The notes under the pieces were generated by a model that worked only from the letters and a program-made list of their open reading frames with translations, did not search any database and was not told the origin of the DNA. DNA of 64,000 nucleotides from Candidatus Woesebacteria bacterium. Lineage in GTDB: Bacteria; Patescibacteriota; Microgenomatia; UBA1400; UBA1396. The stretch is from assembly GCA_021208605.1 (NCBI GenBank), contig JAJOJK010000017.1, positions 17,872 to 81,871 of the forward strand. The letters run 5' to 3'. The translations under genes were made by a program, and so were the position numbers. Below, piece after piece: positions 45,275 to 55,720 of the stretch; position 1 is the stretch's first letter, and the number at the start of each line of letters is the position of its first letter.

Positions 45275-48200
45275 ATGTCCTTTGTTCACCTGCACGTTCA
45301 TACTGAGTACTCGCTGCTTGATGGTTTGAGTAAGATTCCCAAGTTAGTGGAACGGGCCAAAGAGTATGGTCAGCCGGCGATTGCCATGACCGACCACGGG
45401 GCCATGTATGGTGCGGTGCCATTTTTCAACAAAGTGAAGAAGGCCGGCCTGAAACCGATTATTGGTTTAGAGACGTACATGTCGGCCACGAGTCGCTTCG
45501 AAAAACAGAAACGGCCTGGAGCCGATGCCTATCACTTAACCTTGCTCGCTAAAACGTTCAAAGGCTATCAGAACTTGATGAAGCTCACTTCCCGGGCGCA
45601 TATTGAGGGGTTTTCCTACAAACCGCGCATAGACGAAGAGCTCTTGCGGGAACACAGTGAAGGCGTCATTGCCACCACCGGGTGTTTGGCCAGTATTTTT
45701 TCGCGCAAACTCATGGACGGTGAGTACGACGAAGTCAAAGAAATGGTCAAACGGTACTATGAGCTGTTTCACGGAGATTTTTTTGTCGAGATTCAACACC
45801 ACCATGGTATTCCTGAAGTCCAACAACACGCGGAAGAAATGGTCAAAATTTCGCGCGAAACCGGCGTACCGTTGGTGGCTACGAATGACGTACACTATGT
45901 CGACAAAGACGACGCCGAGGCGCAAGACGCGCTGGTGTGTGTCTCGACTCGTAAACTCATTAGCGAAAAAGACCGCATGTCGATGCTGCACTCGCCAGAC
46001 TTCTATCTGCGCAGCAGCGAGGAAATGGAGCAGCTCTTTGCCAAGTATCCAGATGCGATTGAGAATACGCTCAAAATTGCCGATATGTGTACCGCTGAAA
46101 TCCCCACCGGACAGTGGATTCTGCCCCAGTACGGCGTGCCCGATGGAATGAGCGCTGAAGAGTACTTGCGCCACATGACGTACGAGCGCGCTCCCAGCGT
46201 GGTCGGGGCCATTACCGACGAGGTAACGCAGCGCTTGGATTACGAGCTCGAAGTTATCAACACCAAGGGTTATGCGAACTACTTTTTGATCGTGCAAGAT
46301 TTTATTTCTTGGGCCAAGGAAAATGGAATTTATGTTGGTCCGGGCCGTGGTTCGGCGGCAGGTTCTTTGGTGTCATTTAGCTTGGGAATTACCACGCTGA
46401 ATCCGCTGGAGCACGATCTGAAGTTCGAGCGGTTCTTGAATCCAGAACGCCCGTCTCCGCCAGATGTTGATGTCGACTTTGCTGATACGCGCCGCGAAGA
46501 AGTGATCGAGTACGTCACCAATAAATACGGCGCTGATCGTGTGGCCAACGTGATTACATTTGGAAAGATGGAAGCTCGGGTGGCAATTCGTGACATTGGC
46601 CGTGTGCTTGGCATGGATTACTCAGATCCAGATAAAATCGCCAAACTCATCCCGCAAGGCATGCGGTTGGGCGAAGCCATTGAAGAAGTACCCGAGCTGA
46701 AACAGTACAGTGAGCTGCCAAAATACTCCAAGTTGTTTGAGTTGGCGCTGAAAGTGGAAGGTTCGATTCGCCACAGCAGTGTACACGCCGCCGCGGTGAT
46801 CGTGACCGATGATGACATTACCAATTACTGTCCGGTGCAACAAGATCCCAACGGAAAAATTGTCACGCAGTACGACATGTATGTTTTGGATGCCAACGTG
46901 TCCGGTGATGATGCCATTGGTTTGCTGAAGTTCGACTTTTTGGGTCTGCGGAACTTGTCCATCTTGGGTGAGGCTGTGGAGTGGGTCAAGAAAACCAAAA
47001 GCATAGATGTTGATCTCGACCGCATTTCTCTCGAAGAAAAAGATGTCTACGACATGATTTCGCGCGGTGAGACAACTGGTATTTTCCAGATGGAGTCGGG
47101 TGGTATGCGGCGTGTGGCCCGTCAACTCAAGCCAAATAAATTTTCTGATATTACTGCTATGGTCGCTTTGTACCGTCCGGGTCCAATGGACCTGATTCCA
47201 GGTTTTGTGGAAGCCAAACATAATCCGGAGAAGATTCAGTATCCTCATCCGGATCTCGAGCCAGTTTTTAAAGATTCTTACGGATACATGATTTACCAGG
47301 AGCAGGCGATTGGTGTGGCCAACGTCATGGCCGGCTATACGCTCGGTGAAGGTGACGTGCTGCGGAAAGCGATCGGTAAAAAGAAAATCGAGATCATGCA
47401 GAAGCAGCATTCTGAGTTTATTCGCCGGTCCATGGAAAAGGGCTACGCCAAAAAAGTGGCCGAAGAAGTCTGGGGCTACATTGAAAAATTTGCGGGCTAT
47501 GGTTTTAACAAAGCCCACGCGGCTTCCTACGCGATGGTGGCGTATCGCACCGCATACATGAAGACGAAGTACCCGGTTGAGTACATGACCGCTCTGGCTT
47601 CGGTGGAGTCTCTGTCGCACAACCAGAAGCGCGAAGAGAAGGTGATGCTGGCGGTCGAAGAAGCCAAGAGCATGGGTATTTTGGTATTTCCGCCGGATAT
47701 CAATAAGTCGGATGTTGGTTTTGTCATCGAAGAAAATGACGAGTCGCTGGAAAATATGGCGATCCGTTACGGACTGGGAGCAATTAAAAATGTCGGTACC
47801 GCTGCGGTAGAATCGCTCCTGGCTGAGCGAAAAGAGAATGGTCCGTTCCAGTCCTTTACTGACTTTTTGCAACGTACGGATTCCCGCAAGGTCAATAAAA
47901 AAGTAGTGGAAAGTTTAGCTCGCGTTGGTGCCTTTGATGCCTTTAGCACCCGTTCCAGCATTTTGGAAAATCTGGATGAAATACGCGCCCAAGCCTCACA
48001 ATTTAAGAGTGATATTGAGGGACAAGATTCCTTGTTTGCGGCTATTGATGACGATAGTGCCACGCAAGTGCAGGACACGTTTCCGCAGTTGGAAGAGTAT
48101 CCGCAAGCGGAACTGTTGGCCTATGAAAAAGAACTGCTTGGTTTTTATTTGACGCAGCACCCAATGGCTAAAGTCTTGACAAAAATTTCGCAGCAAGCGG

Positions 48201-48754
48201 ATCGCAAGATCGCCGATCTCGATGCTGATATTCATGCTGAGCAAGTATTTGTTGTCGGCGGTATTCTTGGTGGCATTCGCGAAGTACGCACCAAAAAGAA
48301 AAATGAAAAGATGGCCTTTGGTACTTTAGAAGACCAAAGTGGTTCGGTTCGAGTCGTGTGTTTCCCTCGTACCTACGTACAAGCCGAGAAGCATTTTCAA
48401 GATGACAACGCTGTTCTCATTCGAGGAAAGCTTGATTCGCGTGATGAAGAAGTGCAAATTATTGCCGAAAAAGTATGGGTGCCCACAATGAGCCCTGATG
48501 AAGAAGACGAGTTGGAAGATGCCGTCGAGATCCTTATTCCTCGTGGTACCTCGAAAGAACTTCTTCAAGAAGTTGGCACTTTACTGAAGAGAAGTCCCGG
48601 GAAAACGCCTCTCGTGTATCTGATCCCTTCACCAGATGGTCAAAAAGTTTCAAAACACCGACCGAACTATACTGTGCACTGGACGGAAGATTTAGCGGCG
48701 TATGTTGCCGAAAAACTCGGTTTGCAAACCAAAGATCTCTCAAAACAGGCGTAA
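45275..48754 (+). CDS. dnaE: DNA polymerase III alpha subunit
   Basis: PHP domain start MSFVHLHVHTEYSLLDG, polymerase core, and an OB domain. 1159 aa. Confidence 0.9.
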   Translation: MSFVHLHVHTEYSLLDGLSKIPKLVERAKEYGQPAIAMTDHGAMYGAVPFFNKVKKAGLKPIIGLETYMSATSRFEKQKRPGADAYHLTLLAKTFKGYQNLMKLTSRAHIEGFSYKPRIDEELLREHSEGVIATTGCLASIFSRKLMDGEYDEVKEMVKRYYELFHGDFFVEIQHHHGIPEVQQHAEEMVKISRETGVPLVATNDVHYVDKDDAEAQDALVCVSTRKLISEKDRMSMLHSPDFYLRSSEEMEQLFAKYPDAIENTLKIADMCTAEIPTGQWILPQYGVPDGMSAEEYLRHMTYERAPSVVGAITDEVTQRLDYELEVINTKGYANYFLIVQDFISWAKENGIYVGPGRGSAAGSLVSFSLGITTLNPLEHDLKFERFLNPERPSPPDVDVDFADTRREEVIEYVTNKYGADRVANVITFGKMEARVAIRDIGRVLGMDYSDPDKIAKLIPQGMRLGEAIEEVPELKQYSELPKYSKLFELALKVEGSIRHSSVHAAAVIVTDDDITNYCPVQQDPNGKIVTQYDMYVLDANVSGDDAIGLLKFDFLGLRNLSILGEAVEWVKKTKSIDVDLDRISLEEKDVYDMISRGETTGIFQMESGGMRRVARQLKPNKFSDITAMVALYRPGPMDLIPGFVEAKHNPEKIQYPHPDLEPVFKDSYGYMIYQEQAIGVANVMAGYTLGEGDVLRKAIGKKKIEIMQKQHSEFIRRSMEKGYAKKVAEEVWGYIEKFAGYGFNKAHAASYAMVAYRTAYMKTKYPVEYMTALASVESLSHNQKREEKVMLAVEEAKSMGILVFPPDINKSDVGFVIEENDESLENMAIRYGLGAIKNVGTAAVESLLAERKENGPFQSFTDFLQRTDSRKVNKKVVESLARVGAFDAFSTRSSILENLDEIRAQASQFKSDIEGQDSLFAAIDDDSATQVQDTFPQLEEYPQAELLAYEKELLGFYLTQHPMAKVLTKISQQADRKIADLDADIHAEQVFVVGGILGGIREVRTKKKNEKMAFGTLEDQSGSVRVVCFPRTYVQAEKHFQDDNAVLIRGKLDSRDEEVQIIAEKVWVPTMSPDEEDELEDAVEILIPRGTSKELLQEVGTLLKRSPGKTPLVYLIPSPDGQKVSKHRPNYTVHWTEDLAAYVAEKLGLQTKDLSKQA

Positions 48755-50113
48755 TTACTGATACATTTCTCGTAAGCCACCCTCAAGCCAGATGATGTCC
48801 ACACGTTTTCCGAGCAGCGAGAGTTTGTGAAGTATCTCTTCTCGCGTCAGGCCTTCGAGAAGTGTGAGTGATGTTTTTTTCCGCAGGGCGTCACGTAAGT
48901 CGGCGTTATATCTCGTTGGCAGGACTCCAACAATGGTTGCTACACGAGAAAGATCTTTAGCCATTTCGAGATGCGCTTGGTGTGTTGTTTCGGCGTCCAG
49001 CTCAACAAAACCGCTCGCGAGAACCATGACGTTTTTTTCTTGAAACTGTTCCAAAATTTCAACCGATTCTTTCCAGGAACCCGGATTAGTGTTGTAACTA
49101 TTGTCGATAACCCAAGTATTATTTGGATTTCGATGTACTTCCAGGCGGCGAGAAATCGGAATATGATACTGCAGACTGCGCGCTGCTTGGGTCCAGGAGT
49201 GGTTCAGTGTGGCGGTCAGCCAGAGACCAGGGAGCGCATTGTGAATTTGGTGTTTAGCCAAGAGTGGCGTGGTTGCGGTCAGGTCACGATTTTGAAAGCG
49301 CACAGTAAAAGAAGAGCCATAGAGATCACTGGTAAAGTCACGCAACTGAATATCGCTTTTTGCTTTGGATCCGTACCAAATAATTTTTCGATAGGTTGGT
49401 GGGGATAGCAACGAGCGATTCTGGTCATCGATCAACACCGTAGTGGGCGCCCATTGACTGGTAAACATTTCGGCAAAGGTAGCGAGCAGATTTTCGCGAG
49501 TTTTGAATCGTTCCATGTGGGCAAAGCCCACTGGTGTGAGAATGCCAAAATCGGGTCGAACAAGCTCGAGCAGCATGTCGATGTCGCCTTTTTGGTACTC
49601 ACCAAGCTCAACAATAAAACACTGGTGGTCATTGCGGAGTTGCGTGGTAATGGTGTGGGCGATTCCCAGTGGGGTGTTGTAACTGGCCGGAGTCATCAGC
49701 GTAAAAAAATGATTGCTGAGGACATGGTGCACGCTGTGTTTTAAAGAGGTTTTCCCATAGCTTCCGGCTACGGCGATAACTTTGAGGCCGTTGCGCTGGG
49801 CGCGACGCAATTTGCGTCGCGCACGCCACATTACCCCCCATTTGCTCATGTTTTCTACTGGGCGCAGCAGTGCGGTGCTCCAGAGTATGGCGGTGGTTTT
49901 GGGGATAGCAATCAGAGTAAAAAATTGACTTATACGATAGATCAGTTGAATTTTTTTGGTCCATTTTTCTGGCTGTAAGCCCTGAATGTGATGCGTGAGA
50001 GCTGTTTCGCGTGGCTCAGCTGCTACCCATTCACGGAAGAGACGAGGTTCGTATTCCTGTTGTTGCCAGATGGCGAGCAAGTTTTTGAGGGAGTAAGGCA
50101 GTCGGGATTTCAT
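48755..50113 (-). CDS. murF: Mur ligase family protein, MurF-like (UDP-MurNAc-peptide ligase)
   Basis: AVAGSYGKTS P-loop and DNSYNTNP (the MurF DxSYNANP motif). Atypical N-terminal 100 aa. Confidence 0.6.
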   Translation of the reverse strand: MKSRLPYSLKNLLAIWQQQEYEPRLFREWVAAEPRETALTHHIQGLQPEKWTKKIQLIYRISQFFTLIAIPKTTAILWSTALLRPVENMSKWGVMWRARRKLRRAQRNGLKVIAVAGSYGKTSLKHSVHHVLSNHFFTLMTPASYNTPLGIAHTITTQLRNDHQCFIVELGEYQKGDIDMLLELVRPDFGILTPVGFAHMERFKTRENLLATFAEMFTSQWAPTTVLIDDQNRSLLSPPTYRKIIWYGSKAKSDIQLRDFTSDLYGSSFTVRFQNRDLTATTPLLAKHQIHNALPGLWLTATLNHSWTQAARSLQYHIPISRRLEVHRNPNNTWVIDNSYNTNPGSWKESVEILEQFQEKNVMVLASGFVELDAETTHQAHLEMAKDLSRVATIVGVLPTRYNADLRDALRKKTSLTLLEGLTREEILHKLSLLGKRVDIIWLEGGLREMYQ

Positions 50114-50889
50114 AGTGAGGTCTCCAACCAGCGCTGTATGTCTGTCGGGTGAGTGAGGTGAATAAAGTGGTCTCCGCCTGGCACGACGAATACATCGTTT
50201 TCTTTGGCAATAGTGCGGAAGCGGTAGGCCATCCAGAGGTCGACCGCCTGATCATGGCTTCCCCAAGCAAAATGCAGCGGGAAGGGGCGTGGTTCCGAAA
50301 CTGCTTCGGTAATATCCTGGCTGAGAAAACGACGCAGTGATTCCTCTTGGAATGGAGTGGCATTGAGGTAGTCCGTTTCTTGAATGACGGAGCTGTACAG
50401 GAAAGCCCGTAAGCGGCCGAGGACACGTCGCTTCATGGCATAAGGAATATATCCCAAAGCAGTGCGAAGTGCGCGTTTTGGCCAACTCAGAGGTCGGACA
50501 ATCCCAGACGGAGCAATGGCAAAGAAACCAGCTGTAACGGGTGGCAAAGAGAGTTCATCACCATAGGCAAACCAAGCAAAGCTGAAGAGTTTTCCGCCAA
50601 ATGAGTGGCCAATAACCGCGTGGAGCTGGGTGATACCGCAGCGTTGCAAAAAATCTTCTAACCAGATGCTCCATTGCCACATATCCCAGCCACTGAACGA
50701 GCCATCACTCTGCCCAAATCCAGGCAAATCTGGAATAACTACGCGATACGAGCGTGAGAGCATCGGAATATATGGGGCCCAGGTTTCCCAGTTGTGTCCC
50801 CATCCGTGGAGAAGCAAAAGGACAGGCGCATCTTTTTTTCCAATATCTTGGTAGTGAATCTGGAGATGTCCGGTGCGGCACGTTGGCAT
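50110..50889 (-). CDS. alpha/beta hydrolase fold protein
   Basis: HGWGHN oxyanion region and the GHSFGG nucleophile elbow. Confidence 0.7.
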   Translation of the reverse strand: MPTCRTGHLQIHYQDIGKKDAPVLLLLHGWGHNWETWAPYIPMLSRSYRVVIPDLPGFGQSDGSFSGWDMWQWSIWLEDFLQRCGITQLHAVIGHSFGGKLFSFAWFAYGDELSLPPVTAGFFAIAPSGIVRPLSWPKRALRTALGYIPYAMKRRVLGRLRAFLYSSVIQETDYLNATPFQEESLRRFLSQDITEAVSEPRPFPLHFAWGSHDQAVDLWMAYRFRTIAKENDVFVVPGGDHFIHLTHPTDIQRWLETSL

Positions 50890-50949
50890 GGTAGGTTTCG
50901 TAACTCTAGTGTAGCGCAGAAAGAGGGGAAAAGTAACTTGTTTGTCTTT

Positions 50950-51957
50950 TTAGTGCGGGTGTTTATGGGTGTGGTGATGACTGGAGTGGAGGTCAATTGG
51001 TCTGTCGAGTATTTTGGGCAGGATGAGCAAGCTGGCGGCGGCCAGAAAAGTACTGACGGGCACAGCAGTCACTAAACCAATTGATCCAGTGATGGTGCGC
51101 ACCATTTCTTCCATGACCAGTTCGCTGTTGAGGGTTACCCAGAGTGGTTCAGGTGAGTCGGCGAACAGGAGGAAAAGAGGTAGGTTGGCACCGGCATACA
51201 CTAATACCAATGTATTCACGAGCGAGGCGACGTGGGTTTGTCCGACGCGCAGGCTGCGTTGGAAGAGTTCCGCAAAACCGATCTTCGGTTTGGAGGCAAA
51301 GAGTTCTTGCACCACGGCAATTTGGGACACGATAATATCGTCGAGAACACCAAGTGTGCCCAAGAGGATACCGCCGAGGAGTAGCCCTTGGAGGCGAATT
51401 TCGTTACTTCCCAAGAAACGTACAAAGAGGGCTTCTTCGCTCCCCAGGCCAGTTAAGTGCATGGACTGCACACTGCCATACGAGAGGAGGCCGACACTCA
51501 AGAGCACGCTGACGATGGAAAAATAGGCGATGTGAGTAGTCATGTTCCAGCCGTGCGTGATGTAGAGCGTCAAGGCAGAAAGTGCGATGGCACCAAAAAT
51601 ACTTACCAATAATGGGTCATAGCCGCGAGAAAATGCGGGAATGAGCGCCACGGAAAGCACAATAATAGTCGCCGACATGCCCACCACGGAAAGAAGTCCT
51701 CGCCATCTGGCTACGGCAAATACCAGTAACAGGAAAAAGGCAAATAAGACCAGCCAAGTATTCAGACGAAAAATATCCACAATTTGGTATGTCGGTTGTG
51801 CTTCCGACTGATCGGTAATTGGCGTGGCCTGCACAATAATAGTTTGGCCGGTGCGCAGGAGTTGGTCTTCGCTCAAGGGTGTAAACTCGCTGCCGTAGGA
51901 AACGGTGTACTCTGTTTCGTCTCCAGGAATTTGAAAAGAGATTGTTTGCACGGCCAT
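50950..51957 (-). CDS. YibE/F family membrane protein with a His-rich C-terminal tail
   Basis: Periplasmic N-terminal domain, then six to seven TM helices with the YibE/F pattern. Tail HSSHHHTHKHPH. Confidence 0.55.
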   Translation of the reverse strand: MAVQTISFQIPGDETEYTVSYGSEFTPLSEDQLLRTGQTIIVQATPITDQSEAQPTYQIVDIFRLNTWLVLFAFFLLLVFAVARWRGLLSVVGMSATIIVLSVALIPAFSRGYDPLLVSIFGAIALSALTLYITHGWNMTTHIAYFSIVSVLLSVGLLSYGSVQSMHLTGLGSEEALFVRFLGSNEIRLQGLLLGGILLGTLGVLDDIIVSQIAVVQELFASKPKIGFAELFQRSLRVGQTHVASLVNTLVLVYAGANLPLFLLFADSPEPLWVTLNSELVMEEMVRTITGSIGLVTAVPVSTFLAAASLLILPKILDRPIDLHSSHHHTHKHPH

Positions 51958-52196
51958 GGTCCGCGCGGTGCTTGGAGCAGCGGCGGGATTTGGTTCGAGG
52001 TACTCTGTTTCTACATTTGTTATGCGAGCGCGCTGAAATGAGGTATCAGTAGGCAGAGCTTCAGATGGAAGTGCTGGTTCTTGCGCCGAGACGCTCGTCG
52101 CGAAAAAAAAACGAAAAAAGGAAAATCAGAAGTCCGGGAAGAATGGTAGAGAGAAGCTGCTTGTGGTAGGTCATGAACAGATCTATACTAACATGC

Positions 52197-53213
52197 ATGG
52201 TCTCCTTTTTTCGACGTTTGAAACTCTGGCAATGGATTCTGATCATCGGTTTAGTGACGGTGATTGGTGGTGGGATAGCTTGGCGGCAGTTTGGCCAAAA
52301 AGAGGAAGTTGTCGAAACCATCACACCACGCTATCAGCCGTTGCAGCAGACGTTGGAGTTCACCGGTTTGGTAAATGCGCATGATCGGGTGCAACTTCGT
52401 TTTGCTACCGGCGGCGAGGTCATCTACATTGGAGCTCAGGAAGGTGACACGGTGAAACGAGGGCAGACCATAGTGAGTCTGGATCGACGTTCAATGGAGA
52501 AGTCGCTCGAAAAATCGCTCAGTTTATATGAAACCCAGCGCCGCACGTTTGAGGGCACAGAAGATACCCTCGGTGATTATATCGATGACGACGATGAAAA
52601 ACGCGAAGCCGAAAAGAATCAGTTTGCGCTCGAGCGCTCAGTATTAGATGTAGAAATTCAATCTCTCGCTATAGAAAACTCCCGTTTAAGTTCCCCATTG
52701 AACGGTGTTTTAGTGACATCTCCCGTCACTGTAACCGGAGTGAATATTTTTGCGACTGATATCTTTGAAATTGTTGATCCCGATACTCTCTATTTCCAAT
52801 TACTGGTGGATGAAGTCGATGTCGACAAGATGTATGTTGGTCAAAAAGCCTACGTGCGTTTGGATGCTCGCCCCGATGATGTCCTAGAAGCCATCGTGGC
52901 GGATATTTCTTTGAAGGCGGCACAAGGTGCGAGTGGAACGGTTTTTCCTGTCGAACTTGATTTTATTGCGCCAGTTTCGATTCAAGAGCAACGGCTTGGC
53001 ATGAACGGTGAAGCCGCCGTGGTCTTAGCGGAAAAAGATAACGTCTTGACGGTCCCGATTGAAACCGTCACATTCCGTGATGGCGAGAGTTGGGTTGAAG
53101 TTCTTGTGGACAGCGAAGTACAACGACGAGTGGTAGTCACTGGTGTCGAAGGTGATGATTCCGTGGAGATAGTGAGTGGTTTGTCGGAAAACGATCAAGT
53201 AGTTTTGCCATGA
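52197..53213 (+). CDS. efflux periplasmic adaptor (HlyD/MacA family)
   Basis: TM anchor, coiled-coil hairpin and a beta-barrel region. Start refined to MVSFF, 7 nt after TATACT (leaderless). The in-frame ATG at 52173 would include the -10. Confidence 0.7.
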   Translation: MVSFFRRLKLWQWILIIGLVTVIGGGIAWRQFGQKEEVVETITPRYQPLQQTLEFTGLVNAHDRVQLRFATGGEVIYIGAQEGDTVKRGQTIVSLDRRSMEKSLEKSLSLYETQRRTFEGTEDTLGDYIDDDDEKREAEKNQFALERSVLDVEIQSLAIENSRLSSPLNGVLVTSPVTVTGVNIFATDIFEIVDPDTLYFQLLVDEVDVDKMYVGQKAYVRLDARPDDVLEAIVADISLKAAQGASGTVFPVELDFIAPVSIQEQRLGMNGEAAVVLAEKDNVLTVPIETVTFRDGESWVEVLVDSEVQRRVVVTGVEGDDSVEIVSGLSENDQVVLP

Positions 53214-53917
53214 CGAAACGAAATACGGGTCCAGTATTAGAGTTGCACGCTGTGCAAAAACGATATCGGCTGGGCGAGCAAACGATTCAGGCCTTGCGTG
53301 GCGTTGATTTTACGATCGAAAAGGGCGATTTTGTGGCCATTATGGGACCGTCAGGCTCTGGGAAGTCCACTTTATTGCAGATTGCTTCTCTATTAGATAA
53401 TCCGAGTGAAGGAGAAGTTATTTTGCACGGCATGGATGTATCCAAGTATTCAGAAACAGAATTAGCCAAAGTGAGAAACCAAGAAATTGGTTTTGTGTTT
53501 CAACAGTTTAACTTGTTGGCGAAAACATCTGCCTGGGAAAATGTGGCGCTGCCATTAGTGTACGCCAATGTGTCGCCGGCTGAGCGGCAGCAACGAGCGC
53601 AGGCCATGTTGGAGCAAGTTGGTTTGGGTGAACGGCTCGAGAATACGCGGGCTCAGCTCAGTGGCGGCCAACAGCAGCGCGTTGCGATCGCCCGCGCGCT
53701 CATCAACGATCCCACCATTATTTTTGCGGACGAACCAACCGGAAATCTCGATACCAAATCGGGCGACGAAATTATGGGCATTTTACAAAATTTCTCGAAA
53801 GAAGGTCGCACGATTGTCATGGTCACACACGAAGAAGATATCGCTGCGTATGCGCATCGTATTGTTCATTTGCGGGATGGCCTGATCAGTAGTGACCAGA
53901 AAAATGGAAAAAAATAG
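53210..53917 (+). CDS. ABC transporter ATP-binding protein (MacB/LolD-type)
   Basis: Walker [10 protein letters not shown], signature LSGGQQQR, Walker [13 protein letters not shown]. Confidence 0.85.
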   Translation: MTKRNTGPVLELHAVQKRYRLGEQTIQALRGVDFTIEKGDFVAIMGPSGSGKSTLLQIASLLDNPSEGEVILHGMDVSKYSETELAKVRNQEIGFVFQQFNLLAKTSAWENVALPLVYANVSPAERQQRAQAMLEQVGLGERLENTRAQLSGGQQQRVAIARALINDPTIIFADEPTGNLDTKSGDEIMGILQNFSKEGRTIVMVTHEEDIAAYAHRIVHLRDGLISSDQKNGKK

Positions 53918-53929
53918 AGAAGACAACAC

Positions 53930-55157
53930 ATGCAGTGGGTTAACACCGTAAAAGTCGCTTGGAAGGCCATTTTTACGAACAAATCACGTTCTCTCCTCAC
54001 AATGCTGGGCGTCATTATTGGTGTCGGTTCGGTTATTTTGCTGACTTCTATTGGGACTGGTATCCAAAAGTTTATCGAGCAGCAGTTTGAAGACTTGGGT
54101 GTGAACACCATTGTGGTGTATCCGTTCCAAATTTTCAGCGAGAGTGGTGGATTCCAGAATGGCGATGATCGATTGGGTGAAATAGCTGGCCAACAATTTT
54201 CGGAGCGCGAGGTGCAGGATATTGCTCGTTTGAGTTCGCAAATAGTAGCCGTCATGCCGGAGTCATCGCAGCGCAGCGATGTGGCGTGGCGGAATACCAG
54301 CGAAGTGGGCACTATTGTTGGCACTTCGGAAGAGTACGAAATTGTGCGCAACACGAAAGCAGAAAAGGGTCGTTTTTTTTACCGAGCAAGAAGCAAAATC
54401 GGGCCAACGCGTGGCGGTGCTCGGAAATACCATTGCCGAAGAAGTTTTTGGGGATGTCGATCCGGTGAATAAAGATGTGCGTATTGGCGAGACGACTTTT
54501 ACTGTAGTCGGTGTGGCCGAGAAAAAAGGTGGCGGGTTTGGTGGACCTGGTTTTGACCGCTACGTTATGATTCCGCTCGATGCCTATTTCCGTATGTTTG
54601 ATACTCGCGATGTGAACAGCATGTCGATTAAGGTGCGTTCGAAAGAAGATATTAACGACGTGATCAGTCTGGTGGAGAATTATCTGGAAGAAGAAAGCAA
54701 TCGCGACGCTGATGATTTCGATGTTTTTGATCAGACCGAAATTCTCAATACTATCAATCAGATTTTGGGTGTTTTGACGCTCGGCCTCGGTGGAATCGCG
54801 GCGATTTCTCTTGTGGTGGGCGGTATTGGCATTATGAACATTATGCTGGTCTCGGTAACCGAGCGAACGCGCGAAATTGGCTTGCGAAAAGCCTTGGGAG
54901 CGACCCCGAACCAAATACTGTTTCAGTTTCTTATTGAGTCTTCCCTGTTGTCATTTATTGGCGGGGCGATTGGCGTCGGGTTGGCAGCTTTACTGTCGAT
55001 GGCATTAGTGGTCTTTGCTGATTTTCCCTCGGCGATTACGCTTGATGCGATCGCGCTCGCTTTTGGTGTGTCGTTTGTAGTGGGTATTGTGTTTGGTGTG
55101 GCACCGGCGCGCAAGGCGAGTCGCTTGTCTCCAATTGAAGCGTTGCGCTCAGAGTAA
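53930..55157 (+). pseudogene. MacB/FtsX-type ABC permease interrupted by a +1 frameshift in a T8 homopolymer
   Basis: The 53930..54472 and 54279..55157 ORFs join cleanly if the T8 tract at 54371..54378 is T7 (…AEKGRFFTEQEAKSGQRVAVLGN…). The FtsX-like four-TM C-terminus is intact. Confidence 0.6.
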
Positions 55158-55202
55158 TTTTCCGCTTCATGATCCGTGTGCTGTATACTGAATGAGAAAG
55201 TT

Positions 55203-55694
55203 ATGACCAAGTTTTTCGCTTTTGCCCTTATTTTGGTTGGACTCGGCGGGGCCGCTTTGTGGTATGTGGCGTATCAGCTGCAATTGCCAGATTTAACGCA
55301 GGCTCAAACGACGGCACCAAGTATGTCTGTTTCAACAGATGCAATCCAGAATGAAGTGAAGCGTATTGATCAGCAGATCGCGGCACAGATTCGGAAAGTG
55401 GGCGAGGAAGGTATTGATTTCAGTATGTTTTCACAAGTGCCCCAAGTGGCGAGTTCATTTCAGCAGGCTTCTCAGGCGACGCTGTCTGCCACTGTGAGCA
55501 CTACTCCAGAAGAACTCTGGCAGACGCTACGTGAAGAAGGTGCACAAGCTGTAATGGGTTCGCTCGCGAAAAATGCCGAAGTGTCGGTCAACGACCTTTC
55601 TACCGATATTATGAACGAAGCACGTTACCAATACTGTGTCGGTGTGGTCGAGCAGTATGAACACAATCGATCGGCAGAGGACGCTGCCCAATAA
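55203..55694 (+). CDS. hypothetical membrane-anchored protein
   Basis: Start MTKFF. One N-terminal TM helix and a Gln/Ala-rich region. Confidence 0.4.
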   Translation: MTKFFAFALILVGLGGAALWYVAYQLQLPDLTQAQTTAPSMSVSTDAIQNEVKRIDQQIAAQIRKVGEEGIDFSMFSQVPQVASSFQQASQATLSATVSTTPEELWQTLREEGAQAVMGSLAKNAEVSVNDLSTDIMNEARYQYCVGVVEQYEHNRSAEDAAQ

Positions 55695-55720
55695 GCGCGG
55701 CGCCTGATATACTAACGCAC

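Noticed and set aside
45536-47872. Long antisense ORFs inside dnaE (253 aa and 416 aa)
   Set aside because: The plus strand encodes a full-length DnaE with a PHP domain. The antisense frames have no motifs.
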